This document shows, in pieces, positions 62,992-64,000 of a DNA stretch of 64,000 nt. The position numbers and the translations under genes were made by a program. Source of the stretch: Lingula anatina (lineage: Eukaryota > Animalia > Brachiopoda); the NCBI GenBank assembly GCA_051362555.1, contig CM120649.1, forward strand, positions 16,878,567-16,942,566. Reading direction: 5' to 3'. The notes below the pieces were generated by a model that had not been told where the DNA came from, did no database searches, and saw nothing but the letters and a program-made list of their open reading frames with translations. Position 1 is the stretch's first letter. Each line of letters starts with the position of its first letter.

Positions 62992-64000
62992 GTGAGTGTA
63001 TTCACATCTGGGTCTTCTTTGATTGGAGAGCACGCGGTGTGCTGAGCCTTTATATTAACTGACGTTTTTTGTATTTTCTTTCTGTCTTTATTCCTTCTTT
63101 TTGTATTGTTACTTTTTTGCTTCCTTTCTCTTTATACCTTTTTTATTCCATTGTTATTTATCATTACCATTATCCGTACTAGTCTTTCTCAAAACATTAC
63201 TCATCGTTTAATAACATCATCAAGATATTTTTATTGTAACATAGGCCTACTGTTCTATTTCAATTTGTTTTCTGGCATTTTATTCTGTGATCTATTTTAA
63301 AATGCACGTGCACATTTTATTTCAAAAGGGTGGTCAGGGAGCATAGCGAATTCCCCACAAGAGCACCATTGGGTGGTGAGGACTCTCATCCACAGGACGG
63401 CGTCTCTGAGAATACAGGACAGGTTAACCCGAGGGCCAAGCGACAGGCCAGGTACACAAACTCAAGACATACATTATTTTCGTCTTTTCCTGCTTATGGC
63501 AGCTCTGGTTTGAGTAAGGGTGGGGTTGGGGAAGCTCTTCAAAACCTCCTGCTTAACTTCACAGGTACATTGTACGCCCCCCCCCCCCTCCCACCCCTCC
63601 AAAAACAGTTTAATCAAATTAGGGAAGCGAGATAAAAATTAAGTATGTTTGACCTACATACATGTATTTAAGTAAAATTGGTCTCGTCTACAATAGTATA
63701 TTATCACCTTTAGCAACGCCCGTCAGAAAAAACCTGGATCCGCCAGTGGATTGATAAATTAACAGCTGAAAAGATCAGCAGTTATAAAACTTGTATAAGT
63801 AGAAAATAATTGCAGAAATCTTGACATGTTTTCCAGCGATCTTGATGCTTTCTTAGCAAAGGTGATGTATTTTAATATTTTCATATTCATTTATCTATCT
63901 AATCATTTTATTTAATGTTCCGTTTTAGTCAAAATTATATATATATATGCCTCTATTTAGATAGCATTTACACAGCTTTGGTACGATTAGTTTGCCAAAA

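Noticed and set aside
63330-63635. 101-aa plus-strand ORF as exon 2 of the secreted-protein gene
   Set aside because: No convincing acceptor in the required phase; G/C-run content suggests repeat-derived sequence.

Overview
AT-rich, intron-rich animal genomic DNA. The repeat types and gene content suggest a marine invertebrate, possibly a lophotrochozoan, but the taxon cannot be fixed from sequence alone. I reconstructed four genes by hand from splice sites and reading-frame phase. (1) A giant secreted modular glycoprotein gene on the minus strand (33486 down to 1014, continuing off the left edge; 31 exons, at least 3603 aa). Its order is signal peptide - EMI-like - EGF - five tandem units of [uromodulin/GP2-type D8C/D10C - Cys linker - 1 to 3 calcium-binding EGF], one of them broken by a deletion - a single 6833-nt exon of Ser/Tyr-rich 20-aa repeats - NIDO. 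(2) A complete 5-exon paired-like homeobox gene matching repo (42021-36263, minus), with about 11 kb of gene-free upstream DNA. (3) A complete 10-exon UBAC2 gene (58603-54497, minus). (4) The first coding exon of an unidentified secreted protein (62798-62991, plus). Non-coding DNA carries several Harbinger/Tourist-like MITEs, a triply nested MITE/Helentron-like insertion, CAG-terminated poly-G elements and microsatellites. The most unusual object is gene 1. All domain names come from motif recognition by eye, not from database searches.
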